Part shown: piece by piece, positions 20,675-30,688 of the stretch
Position numbering within the stretch: position 1 is the stretch's first letter
How the letters are laid out: each line of letters starts with the position of its first letter
Virus record (IMG/VR): IMGVR_UViG_3300029258_003188
Location: 1-61,552 of that record
Strand: one strand, 5' to 3'
Length of the DNA stretch: 61,552 nt
Source of the DNA: a virus
Lineage: Duplodnaviria; Caudoviricetes
Program-made: the position numbers and the translations under genes
Notes under the pieces: model-generated
What the model saw: only the letters and a program-made list of their open reading frames with translations
Told to the model about the DNA's origin: nothing
Databases searched by the model: none

Positions 20675-22708
20675 ATGATTTCCAGAAGTCAGTTTGCTGA
20701 GAAGTTTCTTAAGCTGAGAGGAAAGCCATTCTCTCTAAAAGGATACGAATATTTACTTCCAGTCTATGAAGATAGAGTTAAGGGAAGAAGAATATTACTG
20801 AAGACAGCTCGGCAGATAGCAAAATGCTGCTCAGAAGATACCGAAGTAACGTTATCAAACGGAAACGTAGTTAAAATAAAAGATTTAAAGGCTGGTGATG
20901 GAGTTTGTTGCCTTAATAATTCTACACTAAAAGCAGAGGCGGGTAAGGTTTTAGAAATACATGAAAATGGTGTTCAAGAATGTTACAAAATCAAAACAAA
21001 ATATTTAAGGAATGAATTAATTTGTACATTGAATCACCCACTAAAAACATTATATGGTTATAGGCTTTTAGCTCAGCTGAAACCAGGAGACTTTGTGGGA
21101 ATTTCTAGGCGTTCACCCCACTCAAAGGGGTTAAAACTAACACTAGAATATAATTTAACAAAAAAGAAATTTAAGAATTATGTAGATTTTTTTAATGATT
21201 CATTTCTGACTAGTTTGCTCAATAGCGATATTCTGTGGGATCAGATAGAATCAATAGAACCAGTAGGTGAAAAGCAAACTTATAATCTAGAAACCTCCCA
21301 CAAAAACTTTGTAGCTAATGGGGTTATTACACACAATTCACAGACTATCTGTAATGTTAGTCAAATTGACTGCTTTCAGATATCTAATTTCGATAATCTA
21401 TATATTACTTTCACACAGAAACAGATGCTAGCCTTTGCTAGGCAGAAGATAGACCCACTTCTAGCGGAGAGTCGAAAAATTAGGGATTATTTCTTAGCTG
21501 GTCCTTATATTCGTGATAGCATCACAGATAAACGATACAGTAATAACTCCACTACATTCCTGCGTCACTGCTATTTAACGGCTGACTCTGTTCGTGGAAT
21601 TAGTGCTGATCGTATTTGTGTAGACGAGTGCCAGCTTATACTTACTGATAACATTCCAATCATTGAGGAGTGTGTTTCCCATTCTAACTATAAGTGGATG
21701 TTGTATGCTGGAACTCCAACCTCGGAAGATTCCAGCTTAGAGGATTTATGGGATAATTCTACTCAGAATGAATGGTTGCTTAAATGTCCTCACTGCGGGA
21801 ATTTCAACTATCAAGATATAGATATTATTAAAGAAGAGGGTTTGCAGTGCAGAAAATGCAAACGGATCATGGATAGAGACCAGCTCACAGGCCAATACTT
21901 TTGCTTTCAGCCTGATGCCCCGATTGTCAGCTATAGGTTCACTCAGCTTACAGTGCCCTGGATGACTCATGCTGAGATAATGTACAAGATTAAGAATTAT
22001 TCAACTCAGAAGTTCTATAACGAAGTTTTAGCTTTACCTTTTAATGTTTCTGAGAAGGCTTTAAGCAAAGACGACATTTTGAAGAATATGACTAGTCACC
22101 CCAACACAGTTGAATTTGCTAAGAAATTTGCTCAGCTTCCATTGGTAGCGGGGATAGACTGGGGAGGGGGATCCGATAGTTACACTGTACTTTCAGTCGG
22201 CTATCACCAACATGGAGTAACTAAGATTATCTATTCTAAGAAGTTTATAGGTGCGGAAGCTGACCCAGTTTCACAAATAGATATCTTAGCTGACATTTGT
22301 GTGGAGCTTAAGGTTAGACTAGTTTTAGCTGACTTTGGTATGGGACTGACGAGTAATCCTCTCCTAGCTCAGAAACTAGCTAAATATGGAATAGGATTAT
22401 ATCCTATTATGTACACCGCCCAGAAAGAAACGTTAAGCTGGCAACCTATAGCAGTTAGATACCAAGCTAACAAGACGGTTAGCTTAGGCAGGTTGTTCTC
22501 TGATATGAAACAAGGTGGCAAGATAGAGTTCCCTAAGTATGAACCTGAGCTGTATAAAGACTTTCTCAATGTTAGGACTCAAAAACGATTGCTCAGCGGT
22601 TCTTCAGTGATATTCTACGACCACAGAAGAGACGAGCCAGATGACTTAGTGCAGTCTGTAAACTATGTTCATCTGGGTGCCCCCTTGATCCACCCTTATT
22701 TTCAATAA
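20675..22708 (+). CDS. terL: Terminase large subunit (lambda gpA-like) containing an intein
   Basis: P-loop KTARQIAK/S, VRGISADRICVDE (Walker B), GTP coupling motif, CPHC..CRKC, nuclease AGIDWG and PDD. Confidence 0.9.
   Translation: MISRSQFAEKFLKLRGKPFSLKGYEYLLPVYEDRVKGRRILLKTARQIAKCCSEDTEVTLSNGNVVKIKDLKAGDGVCCLNNSTLKAEAGKVLEIHENGVQECYKIKTKYLRNELICTLNHPLKTLYGYRLLAQLKPGDFVGISRRSPHSKGLKLTLEYNLTKKKFKNYVDFFNDSFLTSLLNSDILWDQIESIEPVGEKQTYNLETSHKNFVANGVITHNSQTICNVSQIDCFQISNFDNLYITFTQKQMLAFARQKIDPLLAESRKIRDYFLAGPYIRDSITDKRYSNNSTTFLRHCYLTADSVRGISADRICVDECQLILTDNIPIIEECVSHSNYKWMLYAGTPTSEDSSLEDLWDNSTQNEWLLKCPHCGNFNYQDIDIIKEEGLQCRKCKRIMDRDQLTGQYFCFQPDAPIVSYRFTQLTVPWMTHAEIMYKIKNYSTQKFYNEVLALPFNVSEKALSKDDILKNMTSHPNTVEFAKKFAQLPLVAGIDWGGGSDSYTVLSVGYHQHGVTKIIYSKKFIGAEADPVSQIDILADICVELKVRLVLADFGMGLTSNPLLAQKLAKYGIGLYPIMYTAQKETLSWQPIAVRYQANKTVSLGRLFSDMKQGGKIEFPKYEPELYKDFLNVRTQKRLLSGSSVIFYDHRRDEPDDLVQSVNYVHLGAPLIHPYFQ
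20825..21337 (+). mobile_element. Mini-intein (171 aa) inserted in the terminase Walker A motif
   Basis: Starts with C (CCSEDTEV), block B CTLNHPL, ends YNLE..HKNFVANGVITHN followed by Ser+1; no LAGLIDADG motifs. Confidence 0.92.
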
Positions 22709-22785
22709 GGGCACTTGTCTTTTATATCTAATTCTATTAAACTTTCATCGTATACATAGTATCTTCATATGATAAGGAGTTTGTA

Positions 22786-23655
22786 ATGGACCAGTTGTTA
22801 GACGGAGAGCTTAAAACATTCGGACCAGAACAGTTTGAAATTTGGGGTGTGCAAGCTACCGATGAGTTTCTCAAGAACGGGGTACCTCTAAAGGATACAA
22901 TCAAGAAGATGGCTACTGAGAATTCACTTAACCCTAAGCAAATTGCTAGAATTGCTGAGGTAGCTAACAATGCAACCTTCCTCGCTTTATATAAGACATC
23001 ACAGGACAAGACCGCAGAATTTCCGCTGGCTGACACTAGAGAGATTGTTACCGAGCTTAATCTTAAAGCATCTACAGATAACCCAGACAGACCAGCAGAA
23101 TTCCTCCAGCCTTTACCTTCGATGACAAAGAAATCCTCAAAAGTTTCCAAGGTATTTAATGATTTCTTAACCATGGGTGACGTCACAAAGGAAGCCGCCG
23201 CCCCGGATGAAAGGGAAAAGGTAAGTGGTGAGATCGACCGATTGCGTCAGGAGATTGAGAACTCCAGGGACGCATATACAACTTCTATCTTCAAGCTAAC
23301 CACTCTTAGGAAGGAAGCTAAGAATATGATGCAGAATCTTATTCTGAATGAACAGGCTTCTGCACCCGACTTAGTAGATGTGATGGATGAAACTATCCCT
23401 GAGCAGAAAGCTACAGGCATGCTGCTGCTTCAGGAAGTTGTAGACCGTCTTAAGAAGTCAGCTGCAGCTACGTCAGAAAACTTATTCAATCGCCACCCTG
23501 GAGTAACTGTAGTTAATGGTTCCCACCCTCTATTTGGGATAATTCAAACTATTGATCTAGAAGAGAACAAAGGCAGTAAAGCTTTAGTTGTAGGTGAGAT
23601 GGCAGAAGAAAAGATTAGAGAGCTTAAGAAATCTCTAGTTAAATCTAACTTATAA
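22786..23655 (+). CDS. Head-associated protein of unknown function
   Basis: AAGGAG RBS; follows terminase; KMA, KTA, KEAA and KSAA motifs. Confidence 0.6.
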   Translation: MDQLLDGELKTFGPEQFEIWGVQATDEFLKNGVPLKDTIKKMATENSLNPKQIARIAEVANNATFLALYKTSQDKTAEFPLADTREIVTELNLKASTDNPDRPAEFLQPLPSMTKKSSKVSKVFNDFLTMGDVTKEAAAPDEREKVSGEIDRLRQEIENSRDAYTTSIFKLTTLRKEAKNMMQNLILNEQASAPDLVDVMDETIPEQKATGMLLLQEVVDRLKKSAAATSENLFNRHPGVTVVNGSHPLFGIIQTIDLEENKGSKALVVGEMAEEKIRELKKSLVKSNL

Positions 23656-23669
23656 AAGGAGAATAAGCA

Positions 23670-24062
23670 ATGGATAAGTTGGCTAGAATGAACCTGCTAG
23701 GTATTGGCGAAGATGATTATAGTGATAGAATCTATAAGTCTGCAGCTAATAAGCTAGCTAAATTTGATGTTGAAAAGGTAGAAGATTACAGTGATTTGAT
23801 AATCCCGACAAAACTGGAACCGGAAGCAAAGCAGCTAATCAAAAGAGAAATAGCAAAAAAGTACATTTTGAGACATCCGTGGGTAACAGGGATTCCCACA
23901 TTAGGTCTTGCCCCCGTGATCCAGAAAGGTGTTTCTTCACAACGTATTGTTAAAGCATTAGCTAAGAGTCATCCAGAATTAATGGATGCGGTTGAAAGGG
24001 CCAAAGACAGGCAAACTCTAACGAATGCGGCTCTGGGTGCCGGGGTTCTTGCTGGTAGATAA
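23670..24062 (+). CDS. Small virion protein carrying both DKxARxN and RIYKxA tags
   Basis: MDKLARMNLL and SDRIYKSAA; Gly-rich hydrophobic segments. Confidence 0.6.
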   Translation: MDKLARMNLLGIGEDDYSDRIYKSAANKLAKFDVEKVEDYSDLIIPTKLEPEAKQLIKREIAKKYILRHPWVTGIPTLGLAPVIQKGVSSQRIVKALAKSHPELMDAVERAKDRQTLTNAALGAGVLAGR

Positions 24063-24071
24063 ATCGAAATA

Positions 24072-24308
24072 ATGAACGAGGTAAGAGATACTCTAAATAA
24101 AGTTAGCTCAATGGGTGATGTAGCTTGGGGAGCTACTGAGAAAGCATGGAAAGGTACTAAGCTTCTAAGTAAAGGCTTGTGGAAAACTGGCCCACTTAAC
24201 TTAATTTTTTTTGGTCCAGAAGCCTTTGCTAAAGCTAGTAAATCATGGAAAGCTTTTGGACCTTCAGCTAGTAAGACTACTAAGCTAATTAAACCTAAAG
24301 GATGGTAA
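24072..24308 (+). CDS. Small basic amphipathic virion protein
   Basis: Tightly packed ORF in the head cluster. Confidence 0.55.
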   Translation: MNEVRDTLNKVSSMGDVAWGATEKAWKGTKLLSKGLWKTGPLNLIFFGPEAFAKASKSWKAFGPSASKTTKLIKPKGW

Positions 24309-24772
24309 CAAAAATGCCAACAACCTTGACTGATGCCCAGTTAAATAAACTAATCTCACAGGGATCAAAATTCAGAAGATCGAATTTAGGTATTGCTATA
24401 GGTACTTTACTGGCATTGCCTACAGTTTACACTCTAGGAAAAGAGGTACACAAATCTATTACTATGCCTAGAAAAATAGAAAGATCCAGAGATAACATGA
24501 TGTCATTTTACCCTCAGCTAAAGGAATACAGTAAGAAAGACGTTGACAAGTATTTCAATAGTTTAGCTGAGATTGCTCCTATGACAGCTACTAGCCCAGC
24601 TTTAGCTGGGGCTTTTGTCCAGAAGTCGCTGGAGGCAGGTGGGGTGGATACTAGGATGATGGCAGATGTTCTAGATGTGGAAAAAAGACGTGGAGAAACT
24701 ACAGCCCCTAATGTGCAGAAAGCTTTTGGAGAATCAGTAGCAAAAACTGTAGCTGGTAGTGTTATTGGCTAA
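24302..24772 (+). CDS. Virion protein with hydrophobic helix
   Basis: LGIAIGTLLALPTVY segment; head-cluster position. Confidence 0.55.
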   Translation: MVTKMPTTLTDAQLNKLISQGSKFRRSNLGIAIGTLLALPTVYTLGKEVHKSITMPRKIERSRDNMMSFYPQLKEYSKKDVDKYFNSLAEIAPMTATSPALAGAFVQKSLEAGGVDTRMMADVLDVEKRRGETTAPNVQKAFGESVAKTVAGSVIG

Positions 24773-24793
24773 TCAGCTAAGTAAGCCTTCATT

Positions 24794-26353
24794 ATGGATG
24801 GAATTAGAAAAACAATCTACTATGATATAGTAGATAACTATGGAATTCACCTAGAAATAGTTAAACCTAGAGAAGGCATAGTCAAAATGGCTTCTGATAT
24901 TTCAGACGAGTGTCTGAAACATATTAGCAAGCTGGAGAAAGCGGATACTGATATCACTTATGCCTTGACTAATGCTGTAGGAAGTGGTGAATACTGGGGA
25001 TCAAACAAGAACGCCGACTACCTTATAGAAGGGGACTTAGCCGGTGGATCCCTAGACTTCGGCTACCAGACATTTCTAAAAGCTCATGTTTTTAGGGATC
25101 ATCTAAACAAAGACCCGAAGTATAAAGTTGGGGATGTTCTCAAAGCATTCTGGAATCCTAGGATGCATAGAGTTGAGCTGCTAATCGGAATCTACAAACA
25201 TAGAGCTCCAGAGATAGTGCAAAGACTAAATAACATGGAGACATCCAAGGAGCTGGTTGGTGTTAGTTTCGGACTCACAACTCCTTATGAGCAATGTTCC
25301 TATTGCGGTAATGTTAACACCACTAGGTCAACTAGATGCTATCATTTAAAATATGAGTTAAACAAAGTTTACTCAGACGGAAGCAAAGTACAAGCACTAA
25401 CTTTCAAACCCCTTTTCTATGACATCAGCTTCGTGTGGAACAGGGCTAACAGTGAAGCTCTGGTTCTAGTTAAATTAGCTAGTGTCGAGCAGAAAGAAGC
25501 TATTGTAGAAAAAGAAGTTGTATCACAAAACCCGTCTGTATTAGCTATCTATAAAGATCTAGCTAGAAAGGTTGTGGGCAAGATCGTTCAGATTGAACCT
25601 GATCTTAGCCCTGATGAAATAACAGTTTTAGCTAAGAAGCCGTTGAAAAAAGTGATGGGCTCGCTGACGGCTATGGGTATTATTCTAAAGCCAGATGAGT
25701 TTAAAGCTTTAGTTTCCAAGAAGAAAAATGAGGCTAGTGACATAGCTAAATTCTCTATGGAAGATCTGGATAATGACATTTTTGATTTAATGCTGCCTCG
25801 CTTGCACGACCGTTCTTACTACAGACCGTTTGTGCTTAGCAGAGCAATCGAAAACCAGGATAAACTAAAGAAAACTGCATCTGTAGATCTTAATCAGGCA
25901 ACCCCAGAATTATATAAAATTTATAGAGGACGAATAATCAAAGAGGCGAAATCTAAGAAAACATTTCCTTTATTAGCATTACTAATTGCTTTAGGAATAG
26001 GTGCGTATTACGGTAGGAAAACACTCAAGGAAGTTCCAGAACTAGGTAAATTCCCTCACTTTTTGGAGGCTGGTTCCATCAATCCTATCAGCACTGCTGA
26101 CATCCACAACAAAGCAATGGCAGGCATTGTAGTTCCATCAATACCAGTCAAGTTTAACGAAAGATACAAAGACTTGGTTGCTGGTGTTCCAGCTGCTTAT
26201 GTACTATCTGCATACAAAGGTCTTGACTTTTCTGACAAAGACGTACAAAATTTAGCTAAGAATAGCATGGTTTCTTCTGTATATGAAACAGAGGAGGCCG
26301 CAAAAACAGACGTGAGAATTATAGAGTCAATCTATAAGGAGGACACTAAATGA
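24794..26353 (+). CDS. Probable prohead (maturation) protease with C-terminal extension
   Basis: FRDHLNK (His), VGDVLKA, GVSFG (Ser), CSYC..C.H insert and DISFV..A match the assemblin/HK97-type layout; upstream of scaffold and capsid genes. Confidence 0.65.
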   Translation: MDGIRKTIYYDIVDNYGIHLEIVKPREGIVKMASDISDECLKHISKLEKADTDITYALTNAVGSGEYWGSNKNADYLIEGDLAGGSLDFGYQTFLKAHVFRDHLNKDPKYKVGDVLKAFWNPRMHRVELLIGIYKHRAPEIVQRLNNMETSKELVGVSFGLTTPYEQCSYCGNVNTTRSTRCYHLKYELNKVYSDGSKVQALTFKPLFYDISFVWNRANSEALVLVKLASVEQKEAIVEKEVVSQNPSVLAIYKDLARKVVGKIVQIEPDLSPDEITVLAKKPLKKVMGSLTAMGIILKPDEFKALVSKKKNEASDIAKFSMEDLDNDIFDLMLPRLHDRSYYRPFVLSRAIENQDKLKKTASVDLNQATPELYKIYRGRIIKEAKSKKTFPLLALLIALGIGAYYGRKTLKEVPELGKFPHFLEAGSINPISTADIHNKAMAGIVVPSIPVKFNERYKDLVAGVPAAYVLSAYKGLDFSDKDVQNLAKNSMVSSVYETEEAAKTDVRIIESIYKEDTK

Positions 26354-27078
26354 AATTTGAAGAGCTATTTGCAAAACTAGAAGAAGAGGATGTTCCTACT
26401 CCTTCTGACGACGACCTTAACAAGATGGCTCACCAGCTTCTGACTGAAAGCGTAGCTGATAAAGATGCGCCTGATAATTCAGGTATGGTGAAAAAGATTG
26501 CTTCAGCAGTCCTGGAAGAGCTAAAAAGAGCGGGTGTCGTGAAAAGCGCTACGGATATTAATGCAGGAATTCCTTCCAATGAAAATTCCCCTAATCCGCA
26601 CCTTGAGAACCCGGTTGACGCACCCCCAGCGGTGGCACAGCCAACTAAGGCCCCTCAAACTGGTCTAGCTGATGCTATGCAGGATCCTACGCCAGCTAAC
26701 GTGGCAGCTTCTTCAGCTGACCCTGCTCGGGCTGCAGCTACTTCTGCGGAAGTAACTATTGAAGACCCTGAAGAGGCCGAGCTGATTCAAAAGGAACTGG
26801 AAGTCGTAACTGATACGGCCTCCAGGCTGTTGCAGGATGGAATCACAGAAGATCCCGTGGCCGCTTTGGCCGCTGCTTCTCTAGCAGCAGTTGAGGATTC
26901 TTTGGACACGGACGAAAGTGAAGATGAAGCTGCAACTGATGCTATTGAAGAAACACTGGAAGCCCTTGTAAACAATGCCGCAGAAGAAGAAAAACTCAGT
27001 GAAATCATTGAATCTTATGGCAGAGTCCATGCACGTGATTTAGTGAAAGAATACCTGAGAAACAATCTATTAGACTAA
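26350..27078 (+). CDS. Acidic scaffold-like protein
   Basis: Very acidic, Ala/Pro-rich; KMA, KIAS and KSA motifs. Confidence 0.55.
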   Translation: MKFEELFAKLEEEDVPTPSDDDLNKMAHQLLTESVADKDAPDNSGMVKKIASAVLEELKRAGVVKSATDINAGIPSNENSPNPHLENPVDAPPAVAQPTKAPQTGLADAMQDPTPANVAASSADPARAAATSAEVTIEDPEEAELIQKELEVVTDTASRLLQDGITEDPVAALAAASLAAVEDSLDTDESEDEAATDAIEETLEALVNNAAEEEKLSEIIESYGRVHARDLVKEYLRNNLLD

Positions 27079-27105
27079 CAAAAAAAAGGTAAAGGAGAAT
27101 AAACA

Positions 27106-27537
27106 ATGAGTAATCTTATCAACAAACTAGCCGAAGAGATGCTTGAAGAGCAGCTAGAAGAAGCTCTTCTTGACAAGCTAGCTGATGAGCTTCTCGGCGA
27201 TGACTTTGATGAAGATGAGCTGGAAGAGATCCTGGAGAAGGATGCTTCCGAGATGACTGATGAAGAAGTTGAGAAGTTGGCAGCGTGGGCTAGAGCTGGA
27301 AAAGCTTGGGGCTATGCCAAAAATCTCCCAGGAAGAGGCTGGGGAAAAGTTAAGGCTGGTGCAGGTAGAGGAAAAGCAGGAGTTCTAGCTGGCGGAAGAT
27401 ATGTGAAGGGACGAGCGGGTGCTCTATACGGAGGTATGTCTCCGCGTGAAAGACAAGCTGCTCTTGCGGCCTTAATCGCCGGTGGCGCACTACCGGGCGG
27501 TTATGCTCTCGGAAAACGCCGAGGCAGAAAAAGCTAA
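27106..27537 (+). CDS. Internal head protein: acidic leader plus basic Gly/Ala-rich region
   Basis: MSNLINKLAEEMLEE leader shared with 27611; abrupt charge switch after EKLA. Confidence 0.65.
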   Translation: MSNLINKLAEEMLEEQLEEALLDKLADELLGDDFDEDELEEILEKDASEMTDEEVEKLAAWARAGKAWGYAKNLPGRGWGKVKAGAGRGKAGVLAGGRYVKGRAGALYGGMSPRERQAALAALIAGGALPGGYALGKRRGRKS

Positions 27538-27559
27538 ACGCCATTCTACGGCGGATTAA

Positions 27560-27580
27560 AGGAAGAGCTTAAGCTCTTCC
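27560..27580 (+). other. Perfect intergenic hairpin GGAAGAGC-TTAA-GCTCTTCC
   Basis: Followed by AATTGGAGGTTAAAAAA; the same layout recurs at 27965-28007. Confidence 0.5.
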
Positions 27581-27610
27581 TAATTGGAGGTTAAAAAAGG
27601 AGAGTAGATA

Positions 27611-27952
27611 ATGAGTAATCTTATCAACAAACTAGCTGAAGAGATGCTCGAAGAAGCTTTGCTAGACAAGCTAGCTGATGAGCTTATTGAGGATGAGCTT
27701 CTTGATGATGTTCTTAAAGAAGCTAAAGTGCAAGCTCTTAAAAATCTTGCTACCAAAGCTTTTGGCACAGCTAAATCAAAAGTTATGCGAAGGAAAAAGG
27801 GTTGGGGTATAGCCAGAGGACTGGGTAAGTCTAGAGGCGAAGCTACTAGATGGGCATTTACAGCTAGAGAAAGAGCTCTAGGTAAAGGACTTGCCGCCGG
27901 TGGTATTGGTGCTGGTGGTTACACCCTTGGTCGTCGGAGCAACAAGAAGTAA
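27611..27952 (+). CDS. Paralogous internal head protein
   Basis: Same leader; charge switch after LKEA; glycine-zipper GLAAGGIGAGGYTLGRR. Confidence 0.65.
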   Translation: MSNLINKLAEEMLEEALLDKLADELIEDELLDDVLKEAKVQALKNLATKAFGTAKSKVMRRKKGWGIARGLGKSRGEATRWAFTARERALGKGLAAGGIGAGGYTLGRRSNKK

Positions 27953-28007
27953 TAGTTATTCCTTAGGGAGGAACAATTTTCCTCCCTCAATTGGAGGCTA
28001 AAAAAAA

Positions 28008-28298
28008 ATGGAAAAAGAAGATAGAATCTATAAAATAGCTAAAGAGCGTCTTATTAACAAAGAGGCTATGAGTGCTAGAGCAAAAGGTATCCTAGCTGGT
28101 CTGGGAATAACTGGGGGCTTAGCTGGTACTGGTTACGGTGGCTATAGATATGGACGAAAACGTGGTGCCGAAGTTGGAGTTAGAACTGGCAGAGTACAGG
28201 CTGCTAGTTATTTTGCTCCTTATTATGCATCTGCCTTAAGAGCTGCACAATATTGGAAGCAGAAAGCATTGCCCAAATCAAAAAGTACAAGCAAGTAG
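28008..28298 (+). CDS. Small basic glycine-zipper protein with RIYKIA tag
   Basis: EDRIYKIAKERLINKEA followed by GILAGLGITGGLAGTGYGGY. Confidence 0.65.
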   Translation: MEKEDRIYKIAKERLINKEAMSARAKGILAGLGITGGLAGTGYGGYRYGRKRGAEVGVRTGRVQAASYFAPYYASALRAAQYWKQKALPKSKSTSK

Positions 28299-28319
28299 AT
28301 TATATAGAGGGAAATAACT

Positions 28320-28484
28320 TTGAAAATAACCGATCTACTTAGAGAACAGCTTAGCAAACTTGATGGTGACGCTAAAAAAGACATAGAAAAAGAAGCTAGT
28401 AATAGTTCTACTAACCCAAGACTAGTATTAGCTTCACTTCTAGAAAAGACAGCTGAGCTAATGGAGAAAGGCTATGATAGATAA
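28320..28484 (+). CDS. 54-aa protein, not in the ORF track
   Basis: GAGGG RBS, TTG start, EKEAS and EKTA motifs, fills the gap between genes. Confidence 0.5.
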   Translation: MKITDLLREQLSKLDGDAKKDIEKEASNSSTNPRLVLASLLEKTAELMEKGYDR

Positions 28485-28920
28485 ACAAGCAAGAGTGAAT
28501 ATCCTTAAGTCAGCTGGCTGGGTTCAAGGGGCTATAAGCGGGGGAAAGCGTCTGCTTAAGAAGAAAATTGGTGTTAGCCCGAGAACAGCTAAAGCACTGA
28601 AAAAAGACTACTTTCCTACGGTTACTAAGGCAGTTAATAAATTAAAGTCAAAGCCTAAGCCTCAAGCTAAGCCTAGAGCTAAGCCTAGAGCTAAGCCTAA
28701 GCCTAAAGCTGAGCCTCAAGCTGCCTCAACTACCACACCCACTAAGAAGAAAGTTCACCCATTTGCTTATAAGGCTATGACCGCTGGTCTAGTGGGGACA
28801 ACTCCACTAGCTATCTATGGTGGAGTCCAGGCTAAGAAAAACATTAGTAAATCTAGACAGCAAAGAGCTGCCCTAAAACAATATACTGAGCAATTTAAAG
28901 CTCAACAGGGATGGGGCTAA
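28474..28920 (+). CDS. Very basic protein with AKPR/PK repeats and DKxARxNIL tag
   Basis: MIDKQARVNILKSAG; histone H1-like KPQAKPRAKPRAKPKPK. Confidence 0.65.
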   Translation: MIDKQARVNILKSAGWVQGAISGGKRLLKKKIGVSPRTAKALKKDYFPTVTKAVNKLKSKPKPQAKPRAKPRAKPKPKAEPQAASTTTPTKKKVHPFAYKAMTAGLVGTTPLAIYGGVQAKKNISKSRQQRAALKQYTEQFKAQQGWG

Positions 28921-28923
28921 AAA

Positions 28924-29274
28924 ATGGATAACGTAGCAGGAATTTTGAAATACGCAGCTAAAGTTATTAGAGAGCAGGAGCAGAAGAATCAAGCCCTGCT
29001 AGAAACAATTGAAACTAAAGATAAGGAAGAGCAGTTTCGCAAATTGGCAAATGTAATGGCACAAAAGGGTTTGATAAGCTATGAGAATATTGATGATAAG
29101 ATAGAGTCACTAATCAATTCTGGTAAGGATCCAATGATAGTTGAGCAGGCTATTGAGCTAGCATTGACTAAGAAAGCATCGATTATTGAAGACACTTTTA
29201 CTGATATCAAAACTAGTAAAGACCCACGTGCTAAAATACTACAAGTACTTCTAGACGAAGAGGATGAGGATTAA
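28924..29274 (+). CDS. Scaffold-like protein
   Basis: Coiled-coil; two genes upstream of the capsid gene. Confidence 0.5.
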   Translation: MDNVAGILKYAAKVIREQEQKNQALLETIETKDKEEQFRKLANVMAQKGLISYENIDDKIESLINSGKDPMIVEQAIELALTKKASIIEDTFTDIKTSKDPRAKILQVLLDEEDED

Positions 29275-29293
29275 AACCATTAAGGAGGTCTAA

Positions 29294-29674
29294 GTGGCTA
29301 ATTTTCAAGTAAGATATGGTTGTATCCTAGCTGAGTCTGAGATCGATACTACAGCTACTTTCGATGAAGGCACGACTCTGCAGCTCGACACTTCTACTGG
29401 TAAGTGGAAGCCAACTGTCGCGGCTACTGGGAAGTTCCGGATCGTTTACACTGGGTATCCGTCCACTCGGCCGGATGTGACTGATGTCGGTAAGATCAAG
29501 GCAGTTCTTGGTCCTGGGATCATTGAGACTGACGTAATTTCCGGAGCAGTTGGTGATTATACTTACGGTGATGAAGTGTCTGCTAAAGCCGGGATGATTA
29601 CATCTCTTGATACGACAGCGATCGGATTTGTAGCTGATAAGAGTACTACTACTCTTACGATTCAGCTATACTAA
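29294..29674 (+). CDS. Probable capsid decoration/cement protein
   Basis: 126 aa, Thr/Gly-rich beta-type composition, immediately upstream of the MCP; AAGGAGG RBS. Confidence 0.6.
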   Translation: MANFQVRYGCILAESEIDTTATFDEGTTLQLDTSTGKWKPTVAATGKFRIVYTGYPSTRPDVTDVGKIKAVLGPGIIETDVISGAVGDYTYGDEVSAKAGMITSLDTTAIGFVADKSTTTLTIQLY

Positions 29675-29757
29675 TACCAAAAAGAATGGTAAAATAGACA
29701 ATTTTTTTTAAATAGTTAAATAGAAACTAGAAAAGAAAACGTAAAGGAGAAGGTAAC

Positions 29758-30660
29758 ATGAGTGATATGAATCTTGAGGGTCAGCGATTTAATCAATTAT
29801 TCATTGAGAAAATCCAGACTGCAGATGGACTAACTAAGGTTGCTAACGCAATGAATTCGTTCATCCGCATGAAGGTTCGTGAGCTCGGCATTGCCAGAAG
29901 GGTTATTAACCCCACTTACGTGACCAAAGAGGATCTAAAGCCTAGGACAGACAGTGATACTCTTGAGTACATTGCTGACAAGGAAGTAGATTCTGATGCT
30001 CTCACCGCTTCTTTCGCGGGGACGGTCGAGTACCATAAGATCAAAGGGCAGCGTGTAGCTATCCCTCTTTATCGGATCGCGAGCCAAAAGTTCAAGATCG
30101 CTGAGGAAGAGTTGCTAGCTTACGGATACCCGGTGACTAAGGTGGTCGAAGAGAACTCGCTGAAAGATATTTACAAGCGGGAAGACGAGAAGCTGGTTAC
30201 GTTAGCTGATGCAGCTACAGCCTCCACTGGGAACCAGAATCTGGCTCTTGGTGCTGGGATGACCAAAGCTAAGCTGATGTCTGTTATGAAAATGATGATC
30301 CAGGACGAAGAGTCTGGATCTCCTATCATGGTTCTGATGCATGAAGCTGCTTGGGCAGACATGGTTGCTACTGATGCTACGGCTATCGGTGACGATCTGG
30401 CTAAGGAAAACCTGATTAATGGTTATCCTTACACAACCGTCTTCGGGAAACGCCTTGTGCTTACCCGGAAGACTTCTGTGATCGCTGAGGACACGTTCTA
30501 TTGCTTCGGAGCTGAGGAGTGGCTAGGATATTTCTTGCTGCTTGGAGACGTGAAATTCTTCATTAAGACTGAACATGGTGACATTGAGTTTGGTACTAGA
30601 GAAACTGTTGGAATGAGTCTAGTGAATGTGCATAGTGTTGCTAAAGGAAAACTTGCATAG
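29758..30660 (+). CDS. Major capsid protein (HK97 fold, encapsulin-like size)
   Basis: 300 aa; RELGIARRVI, IPLYRIAS and IYKREDEKL patterns; strong RBS; followed by a terminator. Confidence 0.75.
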   Translation: MSDMNLEGQRFNQLFIEKIQTADGLTKVANAMNSFIRMKVRELGIARRVINPTYVTKEDLKPRTDSDTLEYIADKEVDSDALTASFAGTVEYHKIKGQRVAIPLYRIASQKFKIAEEELLAYGYPVTKVVEENSLKDIYKREDEKLVTLADAATASTGNQNLALGAGMTKAKLMSVMKMMIQDEESGSPIMVLMHEAAWADMVATDATAIGDDLAKENLINGYPYTTVFGKRLVLTRKTSVIAEDTFYCFGAEEWLGYFLLLGDVKFFIKTEHGDIEFGTRETVGMSLVNVHSVAKGKLA

Positions 30661-30688
30661 TCTAAACTTGTAATCTGATTTTTGATCT

